A DNA stretch of 64,000 bases from Candidatus Cloacimonadales bacterium. GTDB taxonomy: Bacteria > Cloacimonadota > Cloacimonadia > Cloacimonadales > JAFGVF01. Both the position numbers and the translations under genes were made by a program. Position 1 is the stretch's first letter. Each line of letters opens with the position of its first letter. Below the pieces are notes generated by a model, which was not told the origin of the DNA, did no database searches, and saw only the letters and a list, made by a program, of their open reading frames with translations. The stretch is taken from contig CAXXJV010000001.1 in the NCBI GenBank assembly GCA_963663475.2, positions 2,528,001 through 2,592,000 on the forward strand. The letters are read 5' to 3'. Positions 1-9,064 of the stretch are shown here, one piece after another.

Positions 1-1180
1 AAAACTGATGGATAAAGGTGCTTCTATTAACATGAATCATGAAGTTATAGCCATAAATCCACAAGCTAAGAAAGTACAAGTAAAGAATTTAGCGACTGGG
101 CACATTTTTGAAGAAACTTATGATAATTTAATCTATGCAGCAGGTTCTTGGCCAATAGACATTCCTGGAATTCCTGAAGAAAATGCCAATTTAGAAAATA
201 TTGAAGTATGCAAATTATTCCAGCATGCTCAAGAATTAATTAGAAAGGCAGATGATCCTAATATCAAGCAGGTCACAATTGTTGGTTCAGGCTATATAGG
301 TGTTGAGTTAGCTGAAGCCTATCACATCAAGGGTAAGAAAGTTACTTTGATAGATTTCGAGGATAGAATTTTACCAAGTTATTTTGATGAAGAGTTTACT
401 AGCCAGGTTGAAGCTGATCTTAGAAAAGATGGCTTAACTTTAGCCTTGGGAGAAAAAGTTGTAGATTTTGTTGGTGAAAATGGAAAGGTAAAAAAAGTAA
501 TAACTAATAAAGGTGAATATGAAGCTGATTTAGTAATTAAATGTATTGGTTTTAAACCTAACACTGACCTCCTTCCAAGTGCAGAAAAAACTTCTGGTGG
601 AGCTTTAATAGTTGATAAGCATATGAGAACATCTCTTCCTAACATTTGGGCAATAGGCGATTCCGTAGCAATGTATCATGCAGCTTATGAACGCAATATG
701 CAAGTAGCTTTAGCAACAAATGCAGTAAAATCAGGTATAGTTGCAGCATCAAATATTAATGGTAATGAAGCTGTGAAAGTTGATTCTATTGTTGGGACCA
801 ATGCTATTCATGTTTTTGGCCACAAAATGGCATCAACAGGTATAAGCGAAGAAGCAGCTAAAAGACAGGGAATTCCTGTTGCTGTTAATTATGTTGAAGA
901 GAATGATAGACCTGAATGGATGGAAGAATATACTACTACAAAATTCAAAATTGTGTATGAAAAAGATACACTGAGACTCTTAGGTGCCCAAGTTGCTTCT
1001 TCACACGGTGAAAGTCATACTGAAACTATTTACTATTTAGCTTTAGCTATTCAAAAAAATTTAACTTTACTTGATTTAGCATTTACAGATGTCTATTTCT
1101 TACCACACTTTAACAAGCCATTTAACTTTGTCCTTGCAGCAGTTATGGAAGCTTTAGGTTTGGACTACTATAAAGAATAA
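1..1180 (+). CDS. nox: NADH oxidase / FAD-dependent pyridine nucleotide-disulfide oxidoreductase, 5'-truncated by the window edge
   Basis: NADH-binding VGSGYIGVELAEA, FAD motif IWAIGD and C-terminal FLPHFNKPFN typical of H2O-forming Nox. The frame is open to position 2 and the N-terminal GxxxxG and redox Cys are missing, so the true start is upstream of the window. Confidence 0.85.
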   Translation, partial: KLMDKGASINMNHEVIAINPQAKKVQVKNLATGHIFEETYDNLIYAAGSWPIDIPGIPEENANLENIEVCKLFQHAQELIRKADDPNIKQVTIVGSGYIGVELAEAYHIKGKKVTLIDFEDRILPSYFDEEFTSQVEADLRKDGLTLALGEKVVDFVGENGKVKKVITNKGEYEADLVIKCIGFKPNTDLLPSAEKTSGGALIVDKHMRTSLPNIWAIGDSVAMYHAAYERNMQVALATNAVKSGIVAASNINGNEAVKVDSIVGTNAIHVFGHKMASTGISEEAAKRQGIPVAVNYVEENDRPEWMEEYTTTKFKIVYEKDTLRLLGAQVASSHGESHTETIYYLALAIQKNLTLLDLAFTDVYFLPHFNKPFNFVLAAVMEALGLDYYKE

Positions 1181-1215
1181 ACTTGATACCATATAATGTA
1201 ACAGACCTTTATTGA

Positions 1216-1244
1216 AGAGGGGCGGATAAATAAAATCCGCCTCT
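1216..1244. terminator. hairpin between convergent nox and VOC genes
   Basis: GAGGGGCGGAT-loop-ATCCGCCTC inverted repeat. Confidence 0.6.
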
Positions 1245-1297
1245 ATAGGTTGATTAAGATTTTTACACCCACATGAGCTAGCATAATTTAAAACACC

Positions 1298-1666
1298 TTA
1301 CTTCAACTTCTCTGTTAAGGCAATCCTGTTTCCTTCAGAATCCTTAAACTCAGCTACAAAACCATATTGGCCAACAGAAGTTTTTGGATAAAGTTCTTCC
1401 CCACCATTACTGACAACCTTTTCCATGAGAGAATCAATATCTTCTGTATTAAAATAAATAAAAATGCCTGTTAGACTTGGTTTATATACTTGTCCTTGAA
1501 CTAAAGCTCCTGTAATACCGTCTTTATTTTTATCAAAGGGGAAGAAAGCCATATCTAGCTCATCAACTTTATCTCTTATAAATTCATAATCAAAAACAAT
1601 ACTGTAGAAAGAAACTGCTCTTTCTAAATCTAAAACTGGTATTTCAAAATAGCCAACTGGGTTCAT
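1298..1666 (-). CDS. VOC/glyoxalase-bleomycin resistance family protein
   Basis: YFEIPVLDLERAVSFY at the N-terminus and FKDSEGNRIAL at the C-terminus. Confidence 0.85.
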   Translation of the reverse strand: MNPVGYFEIPVLDLERAVSFYSIVFDYEFIRDKVDELDMAFFPFDKNKDGITGALVQGQVYKPSLTGIFIYFNTEDIDSLMEKVVSNGGEELYPKTSVGQYGFVAEFKDSEGNRIALTEKLK

Positions 1667-1843
1667 ACTTCTTATCCTTCTTGAATTTTTCTAACAATAA
1701 TACTAGCTACTTTATTTGTAAAGATTTATTTACTTTCTAGCTAAGACTTTTCTTATGAGACTGTTCAACCACCAATAATAAAAACAGAAGGGTTGAAATT
1801 ATTTATCACATTTCCTACTCTACCTTGGAGAGAGCCCTATTTA

Positions 1844-2005
1844 ACCCAGATAGTGTAGTAGAGCTTTAGTAAAGAGTGCAGATTATTCTAGCAAAATAGC
1901 TTACAGAATTTTGACGCATATATTTTATATATTCGGAGAAATTATGGAAGTTACTTTTGCAGAAGAATATAGTGCTGTTCACAAAGGTCTACTGCATTAT
2001 TGGGT
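1844..2005 (+). repeat. repeat family A, copy 1 (MITE/REPIN-like, imperfect terminal inverted repeats)
   Basis: ACCCAGATAGTGTAGTAGAGCTTTAG...CAAAGGTCTACTGCATTATTGGGT flanked by TTA on both sides; homologous copies near 44565, 47163, 50906, 53858 and 58129. Confidence 0.85.
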
Positions 2006-2050
2006 TTAATTTCTCAAAAATTAATGAGAAAAAACTATATTCTCCTCTAT

Positions 2051-2131
2051 TCATCCTTAATCCTTCCTTTACAGTCTTTCGATGAAACTGGGACTTTCAT
2101 CGAAAGACTGTAAAGGAAGGATTAGGGATGA
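2051..2131. repeat. repeat family B, copy 1: 81-bp palindrome (37-bp arms, 7-nt loop)
   Basis: TCATCCTTAATCCTTCCTTTACAGTCTTTCGATGAAA-CTGGGAC-reverse complement with one mismatch; second copy at 41381-41459. Confidence 0.9.
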
Positions 2132-2422
2132 TAAGGGTATTAATAAGACCGATCTTCCTCAAACCTAGGTAAGGTACATCGGGTGAGAAAAAATAATAAT
2201 TTCGTCCTTACAGGGTTAAGATAAAGCTTTGGCGAATATATACAGGGTCTAAAGAAGCCTGCCTATTAAATGACATCACTTAGGGATATCAGAGGTCTTA
2301 TTCTGCTTAAGCCAGGTAGAATTTAACCCTCTTATTGTCTTCTAATAAAGTTAATTCAAATTTTCCTTGCCAAATATTCGTGATAATTTTATCTAAACAC
2401 AAATTAATATTTGGAGAAATAA

Positions 2423-3136
2423 ATGATAGCCTTAGGTGTTAATATTGATCATATTGCTACAATCCGACAAGCCAGAAGAGGTATTGAACCAGACCCAGTT
2501 CATGGAGCTTATATTGCTGAACTTAATGGAGCAGACCAAATTACTGTTCATCTAAGAGAGGATAGACGTCATATCCAGTTTAGGGATGTACAAATATTAC
2601 GGGAAAGTGTTCAAACTAAATTAAACTTAGAGATGGCACCTATAGCAGAAATGGTAACTATAGCAAAGCAAATTAAGCCAGACACAGTTACTTTAGTTCC
2701 TGAAAAGAGAGAGGAAATTACAACTGAGGGAGGCTTATTAATAACTAATGAAGTTAAAGAAGTTATTGGTCAGCTTAAAGAAGCTAACATTGAGGTCAGT
2801 CTTTTTATTGAAGCAGATCTTGATATGATTAAGTTAGCTGGAAAATATGGTGCTGATGCTGTTGAACTTCATACTGGTAAATATGCTGAGAAATTCCAAG
2901 AAGACAATTATGAAGAAGAGCTTAAAAGGCTACTAAAAGGTGCGAAAGCTATTAAATCAGCTGGTATGAGAGTAGTTGCAGGTCATGGATTAAACTATAA
3001 AAACATTTATCCCTTATTAGAATTAGACATTTTTACTGAATATAATATTGGTCATTCAATTATTTCTAGATCTGTATTTACAGGTTTAGCTGAAGCAGTT
3101 AATCAAATGAAAAGAATAATAAATAATAAATATTAA
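2423..3136 (+). CDS. pdxJ: pyridoxine 5'-phosphate synthase
   Basis: LGVNIDHIATIRQAR, ITVHLREDRRHIQ, AGHGLNY and NIGHSII motifs. Confidence 0.97.
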   Translation: MIALGVNIDHIATIRQARRGIEPDPVHGAYIAELNGADQITVHLREDRRHIQFRDVQILRESVQTKLNLEMAPIAEMVTIAKQIKPDTVTLVPEKREEITTEGGLLITNEVKEVIGQLKEANIEVSLFIEADLDMIKLAGKYGADAVELHTGKYAEKFQEDNYEEELKRLLKGAKAIKSAGMRVVAGHGLNYKNIYPLLELDIFTEYNIGHSIISRSVFTGLAEAVNQMKRIINNKY

Positions 3137-3154
3137 AAGAATGGAGGAAGTAAA

Positions 3155-4342
3155 ATGTTCAAACAGATGAAAACAGATTTACAGAATTTATTTGTTGAGT
3201 TGAAAGAACAAGGTTTATACAAAGAAGAGAGAATCATAGCATCTCCTCAAGGTGGATCTATCAAATTAGCAGATGGCCAAGAAGTTTTGAACTTTTGTGC
3301 TAACAATTATTTAGGTTTAGCTAATCATCCTGAAGTAGTTACTGCATCACAAGAAATCATGAACCAAAGAGGCTATGGCTTATCTTCAGTCAGATTTATC
3401 TGTGGTACTCAAGATATCCATAAGCAACTAGAAGCTAAAGTTTCTGAATTTTTAGGAACTGAAGATACTATTCTATATGTTGCAGCTTTTGATGCTAATG
3501 GTGGTATTTTTGAACCCCTTCTTGATGAGTCATGTGCAATCATCTCAGATGAACTAAACCACGCCTCAATTATTGATGGAGTTAGACTTTGTAAAGCTAA
3601 AAGATATAGATATAAACATTCTAATATGGAAGAGTTAGAAGCAAGATTGATTGAAGCCCAAGATGCTAAATATAGATTAATCTGTACTGACGGTGTCTTC
3701 TCAATGGATGGTGATATTGCTAAATTAAAAGAGATCTGTGACTTAGCAGATAAATATGATTCTTTAGTAATGGTTGATGACTCACATGCTACAGGTTATA
3801 TTGGTAAAGGTGGCAGAGGAACTCACTATGCTTGTGGTGTAGAAGGTAGAGTTGATATCATTACAACAACTTTTGGTAAAGCCTTAGGCGGTGCTAATGG
3901 TGGTTGTACTTCAGGTAGAAAAGAAATTATTGATTTGTTAAGACAAAGATCACGTCCTTATCTTTTCTCAAACACTGTAAGTCCATCAGTTGTTGGTGGA
4001 ACCCTTAAAGTTCTTGAACTACTTGAAAAAGACCCTTCTATTATTCAAAAAACATGGGATAATGCGAATTATTTCAGGAACAAAATGATTGAAGCTGGTT
4101 TTGATATTGTTAAAGGTGATACTGCTATTGTTCCTGTCATGCTTTATGATGCACCTAAAGCAGTAGAAATGGCTAACAGACTTTTAGCTAAAGGTATCTA
4201 TGTAATTGGATTTGTTTATCCTGTAGTTCCTAAAGGCAAAGCAAGAATTAGAGTACAATTATCTGCAGCTCATACTCAAGAAATGCTAGATAAAGCTATC
4301 AATGCCTTTATCGAAATTGGCAAAGAAATGGAAATTATTTAA
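3155..4342 (+). CDS. kbl: 2-amino-3-ketobutyrate CoA ligase (glycine C-acetyltransferase)
   Basis: [59 protein letters not shown]. Confidence 0.95.
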   Translation: MFKQMKTDLQNLFVELKEQGLYKEERIIASPQGGSIKLADGQEVLNFCANNYLGLANHPEVVTASQEIMNQRGYGLSSVRFICGTQDIHKQLEAKVSEFLGTEDTILYVAAFDANGGIFEPLLDESCAIISDELNHASIIDGVRLCKAKRYRYKHSNMEELEARLIEAQDAKYRLICTDGVFSMDGDIAKLKEICDLADKYDSLVMVDDSHATGYIGKGGRGTHYACGVEGRVDIITTTFGKALGGANGGCTSGRKEIIDLLRQRSRPYLFSNTVSPSVVGGTLKVLELLEKDPSIIQKTWDNANYFRNKMIEAGFDIVKGDTAIVPVMLYDAPKAVEMANRLLAKGIYVIGFVYPVVPKGKARIRVQLSAAHTQEMLDKAINAFIEIGKEMEII

Positions 4343-4355
4343 AATATAGATTATC

Positions 4356-4390
4356 TACGCTGAGATTCTAGTGAATTTCAGCGTATTTTC
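4356..4390 (+). terminator. intrinsic terminator after kbl
   Basis: TACGCTGAGATTC-TAGT-GAATTTCAGCGTA followed by TTTT. Confidence 0.6.
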
Positions 4391-4401
4391 TTAGGGAGAT
4401 T

Positions 4402-5223
4402 ATGTTATATATTGTACCAACACCTATTGGCAACCTAGAAGATATCACACTTAGAGCAATTCGAATATTAAAAGAAGTTGACCTCATAGCCTGTGAAGAT
4501 ACTCGTACTTCTAAAAAACTATTACAACATTTTGAGATAAAAACACCAACTATCAGCTACCATAAGTTTAACGAAAAACAAAGATCACAAGAATTGATTT
4601 CTAAACTTATCCAAGGTAAAAATATAGCAATTATTTCTGATGCTGGTAGCCCTGGTATCTCAGACCCTTCTTCCTATATCATTAAAGATGCAATAGAAAA
4701 TAATGTTGATATCGATGTCTTACCTGGACCTACTGCAGCTATTCCTGCCCTTGTTATCTCTGGACTAAGCACTGATTCTTTTGCTTTCTATGGCTTTTTA
4801 CCAGATAAACAAAAAGATAAAACTATCCTGTTCTCTAAGATAAGAGAGATCTCTAGCAGTCTATTATTCTATGTCTCGCCCCATAGTTTAGAAAGATCTT
4901 TACACGACTTTCATGATAATTTAGGTGATAGAAATATTGCAATTGTTAGAGAAATTAGTAAATTATATCAGACTGTTTACAGGGGTAAGCTTAGTTATTT
5001 TATTAATAACTTCTCTGAAATCACTCTTAAGGGTGAATTTGTTCTGGTGATTGAGGGATATAAAGAAAGGGACATGTCAGATACTGAAATACTAGTTGAA
5101 GCAAAAAAACTTCTTGCAGAAGGTTATTCTTTAAGTAAAATAGCCAAAGAAATAAGTAAAGAATGGGCTGTAAAAAAGAATCAAGTTTATCAACTTCTTT
5201 TAGATAATAATTTTGATAAATAA
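4402..5223 (+). CDS. rsmI: 16S rRNA (cytidine1402-2'-O)-methyltransferase
   Basis: LYIVPTPIGNLEDITLRA, ACEDTR, SDAGSPGISDPS, REISKLY, KGEFVLVI. Confidence 0.95.
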   Translation: MLYIVPTPIGNLEDITLRAIRILKEVDLIACEDTRTSKKLLQHFEIKTPTISYHKFNEKQRSQELISKLIQGKNIAIISDAGSPGISDPSSYIIKDAIENNVDIDVLPGPTAAIPALVISGLSTDSFAFYGFLPDKQKDKTILFSKIREISSSLLFYVSPHSLERSLHDFHDNLGDRNIAIVREISKLYQTVYRGKLSYFINNFSEITLKGEFVLVIEGYKERDMSDTEILVEAKKLLAEGYSLSKIAKEISKEWAVKKNQVYQLLLDNNFDK

Positions 5224-5320
5224 AGACCACTTAAAGTAAATAATTTCATTCCTGAGGAGTCATACCTTCAGTGATAAAATTCACGTAAGAGTATGCTCCA
5301 GAGGATTTGCTTATTGTCTT

Positions 5321-6520
5321 TTATTGTAATTTTTTAATCTCGCCAGCCTTTTTAAGTCCATATTTAGCAGAAGCTGGACCAGCTAACATGATTAAAAATG
5401 TTGTGCCAACCATAATACTAACAAGCTGTTGTGCCTCAGCTTTATAGTTAGCATTTATTAGATAATGGGCTGTAGCCAAGGTAAGTCCAATGGCCACACC
5501 TGCTTGTGATAAAAGAGTGAAACCTAAATACTTAGTAGTTAACTTTGGTGCTTTGGAGATTTTGCAACCTAAGAAAGCTCCGCTCCACTTACCAAATGTT
5601 CTGGTAAGAATATAAATTACAATCATAACCCAATTGGCATATATCATATGAAAGTCAAGTTTTGTACCAATTAGAACAAAGAATATAACGTAGATGGGAG
5701 GTGACCAGATACTAAGAGAAGTGTTTAACTTTCTTGAGAGTAAACTGCTTCTATTAACAAGAACTATACCCACACACATATTTAAAAGGATTGGAGATAT
5801 TTCTAAACCAATTGCTATTGAACAATTTAAAAAAAGCATTCCTAAAGCAAAAAGCAACATAATAATGTTATCATGAATTTTCTTAACTATCCAGACAATG
5901 AAGAAGCCAGATGCAATACCAATTGAGATAGCTAAAATAAGTTCAATTCCAGCTTTTAAGAGAGCTTGAGAAACTGTTATTTCATGAGAACCAAGCAGAA
6001 TAATTGCAATTGGAATGGCTACAGAATAGATCAATAGGGCATAAATATCATCTAATCCCATAACAGCATAAAGAGTTTTTGTTAAATTTCCTGAAGCTTT
6101 ATATTGATTAATCACATCAGTTGTACCTGCAGGTGCAGTTGCACTTGCTAAAGCTCCATAAATGATTCCCAGGGATATATTTTGAGTTACTAGATAAACT
6201 ATTGCACCTACAACTAAAAATGTCATAGTAGCCTCAAATATCACAATAATTATTATCCCAGAGCCAAGTTTTTTAAGATCTTTTAGTTTTAGCTCAGTTC
6301 CAATTCCTAAACCTAAAAGAGAAAGAGTTATTGAATTTATTAAATCAAATGTGTCATATTCAACATCAATTCCAAAAAGATAAATAGCTTGTCCTATTAC
6401 TGCACCAGCAAGGATATATCCTAAAACCATGGGTGCATGGAATAAAGATACTCCTTTAGCCATAAGAATGGACATTAATATTGAAACACCTAAAAAACCT
6501 AAAAATAAATACTGTTCCAT
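5321..6520 (-). CDS. cation:proton antiporter (CPA2-like), paralog 2
   Basis: About 12 TM segments; ASATAPAGT, GLDDI and LSQAGVAIGL motifs. Confidence 0.85.
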   Translation of the reverse strand: MEQYLFLGFLGVSILMSILMAKGVSLFHAPMVLGYILAGAVIGQAIYLFGIDVEYDTFDLINSITLSLLGLGIGTELKLKDLKKLGSGIIIIVIFEATMTFLVVGAIVYLVTQNISLGIIYGALASATAPAGTTDVINQYKASGNLTKTLYAVMGLDDIYALLIYSVAIPIAIILLGSHEITVSQALLKAGIELILAISIGIASGFFIVWIVKKIHDNIIMLLFALGMLFLNCSIAIGLEISPILLNMCVGIVLVNRSSLLSRKLNTSLSIWSPPIYVIFFVLIGTKLDFHMIYANWVMIVIYILTRTFGKWSGAFLGCKISKAPKLTTKYLGFTLLSQAGVAIGLTLATAHYLINANYKAEAQQLVSIMVGTTFLIMLAGPASAKYGLKKAGEIKKLQ

Positions 6521-6526
6521 AGTTTT

Positions 6527-6844
6527 TTACCCGTAAATCTTATGAGAGTTGATTAAAATAATCTTACCTAACTCTTCTCCAATAATGTCAATACCTGCAT
6601 GTTTTAATTCTTCAATAATAAACTCTACCTGTTCTTCATCTGCAAAACCCATAATTACTTTACCGTAGTCTCTTTGTGTTCCATAAGTATCTCTAAAAGA
6701 TGCAAAAAGAGGATTATCAAATATTAATTTATGTCCAGTAGCTTCACCAGAAAGAACTATGGTGTCTTCCACTCCTGCTTCAGCAATTGCCATCAAAACA
6801 TCAGATATATACTTTTCATAGAAAAGTTGAAATATCATGTACAT
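6527..6844 (-). CDS. small PII/GlnB-like protein (putative)
   Basis: 105 aa; beta-alpha start (DVLMAIAEAGVEDTIVLSGEATG), T-loop-length insert and C-terminal GKIILI resemble PII-superfamily proteins found beside such antiporters. Confidence 0.5.
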   Translation of the reverse strand: MYMIFQLFYEKYISDVLMAIAEAGVEDTIVLSGEATGHKLIFDNPLFASFRDTYGTQRDYGKVIMGFADEEQVEFIIEELKHAGIDIIGEELGKIILINSHKIYG

Positions 6845-6876
6845 ATCTACTCCTATATAGTCATTGTTATTTGTTG

Positions 6877-8112
6877 TTAATGTTGTTTAGCTTCACCTGA
6901 TTTTATCAGTCCATACTTCACAAAGTTTGGAGCTATAAGCATAATTAAGAAAGTTGTAATTGTCATAACAGAAGTAATTAACTTTGCTTCTTGTTCATAT
7001 CCCGCAGACATCAAATACTTACTAGCAGCAATTGATAAACCAATAGCAACACCAGCTTGTGAAAGTAGAGTAAAGCCTAAGTATTTTCTTATTTTCAGAG
7101 GAGCCTTAGCTACTACAGCACCTAAATAAGCTCCATTATATTTTCCAAACATGGTTGAAGCAATATAGATTACTATTAATAACCAGAATTTTTGGATAAG
7201 CATGATGTCAAGTCTGGTTCCTATTAAAACAAAGAACCAAACATATATTGGAGGAGACCATTCTGTGAGTGCCATGTTTAGCTTTCTAGCGATTAATTTA
7301 CTTCTATTTACAACTACAATACCAGCAAACATATTTATCAAAATTGGTGATAAATTCATTTGTTCCGCAATAGCACACATTAATAAAATACTACCTAAGG
7401 CTAGATAAGTTAACATAAATTTCTCATGTACTTTTTTACCAAAATAGGCAAGTCCATAACCTATTGCTGAGCCAATACCTATAGAAAGAATAACTTCTAT
7501 TACTGAATGAATCAAGGCTTGTCCAATACTAAGTTCATTTGAGCCAAGTAGCATAATCGCGATTGGTAGGGTAATTGTAAAAATTAAAAGGGCAAATATA
7601 TCATCTAACCCAAGTACTGCATATAAGGTGGTAACTAGGTTCCCAGAGGCTCGATATTGTTTAATGACATCTACTGTACCAGCTGGAGCAGTAGCAGAAG
7701 CAAAAGAACCAAATAAGAGACCTAAAGGAATAGAAATCTTCCACCCCATACTGAAATGCAGTAAGAATGAAATAACTAAACTTACTACTATAAAGGTAAG
7801 AGTAGCTTCGAAGAGAGTTATCCAGAAGACTGTTTTGCCTACTTTCTTTAGTTCCTTATACTCAAGTTCAGTACCAATACCAAATCCAATTAAAGAGAGG
7901 GTGATAATATTTACTATCTCATAATCATCAACTCGGAATTGCCAAGGATTGCTAACTGGGATAGATAAATCTAATACTATTCCGACAATAGCCCCAGTAA
8001 TGATATAGCCTAAAAGTAAGGGAGCTTTGAGTAATGATACTCCCCGGCTAGTTAGTATTGAAAGTAGTAATGATACTGCTAGAAAGAAAAAGATTAATGC
8101 AATTTCAGACAT
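6877..8112 (-). CDS. cation:proton antiporter (CPA2-like), paralog 1
   Basis: ASATAPAGT, GLDDI and LSQAGVAIGL motifs; clear paralog of 5321-6520. Confidence 0.85.
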   Translation of the reverse strand: MSEIALIFFFLAVSLLLSILTSRGVSLLKAPLLLGYIITGAIVGIVLDLSIPVSNPWQFRVDDYEIVNIITLSLIGFGIGTELEYKELKKVGKTVFWITLFEATLTFIVVSLVISFLLHFSMGWKISIPLGLLFGSFASATAPAGTVDVIKQYRASGNLVTTLYAVLGLDDIFALLIFTITLPIAIMLLGSNELSIGQALIHSVIEVILSIGIGSAIGYGLAYFGKKVHEKFMLTYLALGSILLMCAIAEQMNLSPILINMFAGIVVVNRSKLIARKLNMALTEWSPPIYVWFFVLIGTRLDIMLIQKFWLLIVIYIASTMFGKYNGAYLGAVVAKAPLKIRKYLGFTLLSQAGVAIGLSIAASKYLMSAGYEQEAKLITSVMTITTFLIMLIAPNFVKYGLIKSGEAKQH

Positions 8113-8120
8113 GATATCAG

Positions 8121-8579
8121 CTATTTAGTAGAAGTAATAATGGAATAAATTTCGTATTTATCCTTAGCTTTTAAAAGCTCTTTTTGAACATGATTATCTT
8201 TTAATCTAAGAACTAATCTTGATAAAAGTCTGATATATTCCTTATCTTGCTTATCTGATGCACCAATCATAAAAATTAGTTTTACAGGTTTATCATCTAG
8301 AGATTCGTATTCGATACCATTTTTCAATCTACCAATTGCAATAACAAAATCATCGCATTCAGGTATTTTAGCATGAGGAATGGCAATACCAAGTCCAATA
8401 CCAGTACTCATTAAGGATTCTCTTTTGAAAATTGCTTTCTTAAATGCAGTTATGTTAGTAATGTTTTGTGAGCTTGAAATCAAATCAATCATCTCATTCA
8501 AGGCATCAGTTTTGTTGTCAGCCTGCAAGTCTTTAATTCTTGTTTCATCAATAAAATCACTTATTTGTAGTATTCTCAT
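8121..8579 (-). CDS. stand-alone PTS EIIA (Ntr/fructose type)
   Basis: RESLMSTGIGLGIAIPHAK with the phosphorylatable His, and SLDDKPVKLIFMI; start moved to ATG 8579 behind an AGGTGG RBS. Confidence 0.9.
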   Translation of the reverse strand: MRILQISDFIDETRIKDLQADNKTDALNEMIDLISSSQNITNITAFKKAIFKRESLMSTGIGLGIAIPHAKIPECDDFVIAIGRLKNGIEYESLDDKPVKLIFMIGASDKQDKEYIRLLSRLVLRLKDNHVQKELLKAKDKYEIYSIITSTK

Positions 8580-8607
8580 ATCAACCACCTTTTAAAAAAC
8601 TTGTGGC

Positions 8608-8636
8608 TATATAATTATTCTTGATAATTTTGTCAA
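8608..8636 (-). promoter_or_regulatory. sigma70-type promoter of the EIIA-antiporter operon
   Basis: TTGACA-17 bp-TATATA on the minus strand. Confidence 0.5.
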
Positions 8637-8699
8637 TAACTAAGATTTTTTTATTAATTTTCAGGAAATAATTAAGTTTGATTTCCTGATTATTCTCCC

Positions 8700-9053
8700 T
8701 TAAACATAATCGTAGAACAGGCTTTTGATAGCCCTGTATAATTTATTAATATCAAAATCATACATCATCAGGAGAATTGTGAAAATTACTAAAGCAACAA
8801 AAAGAATAACCCAGAGAAAATTAGCATAAAGCATATGAATGCTAGCCCAAAAATGAACTTTAGGTACAGAGACAGAATTACTATTATTCTTATCTATCTT
8901 ATCGTAAATTACCTGAGATTCCGTTCCCCACATAATCTCATTTTCAGGATCTTCATCATCGATATAAGGTATATACCCCATCTTGTTATACCTATCCAGT
9001 AAATTCTTAGGTATTGTTGCAATTTCATTATCAGTAAGCATTCTTTTAGCCAT
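8700..9053 (-). CDS. hypothetical protein with a C-terminal transmembrane helix
   Basis: AGGAG RBS, 11 bp downstream of the S24 repressor; hydrophobic FLWVILFVALVIFTILLMM segment. Confidence 0.6.
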   Translation of the reverse strand: MAKRMLTDNEIATIPKNLLDRYNKMGYIPYIDDEDPENEIMWGTESQVIYDKIDKNNSNSVSVPKVHFWASIHMLYANFLWVILFVALVIFTILLMMYDFDINKLYRAIKSLFYDYV

Positions 9054-9064
9054 ATAAGCTCCTT

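Noticed and set aside
1838..2010. Family A as integron attC sites (some copies follow RYYYAAC, one at a stop codon)
   Set aside because: The GTTRRRY end is not conserved, full copies are longer than typical attC, neighbouring genes are in mixed orientation with their own promoters, and there is no integron integrase in the window.
2051..2131. Family B palindrome as a protelomerase (telRL-like) site
   Set aside because: It has a 7-nt non-palindromic centre, occurs in two dispersed copies, and has no adjacent resolvase gene.
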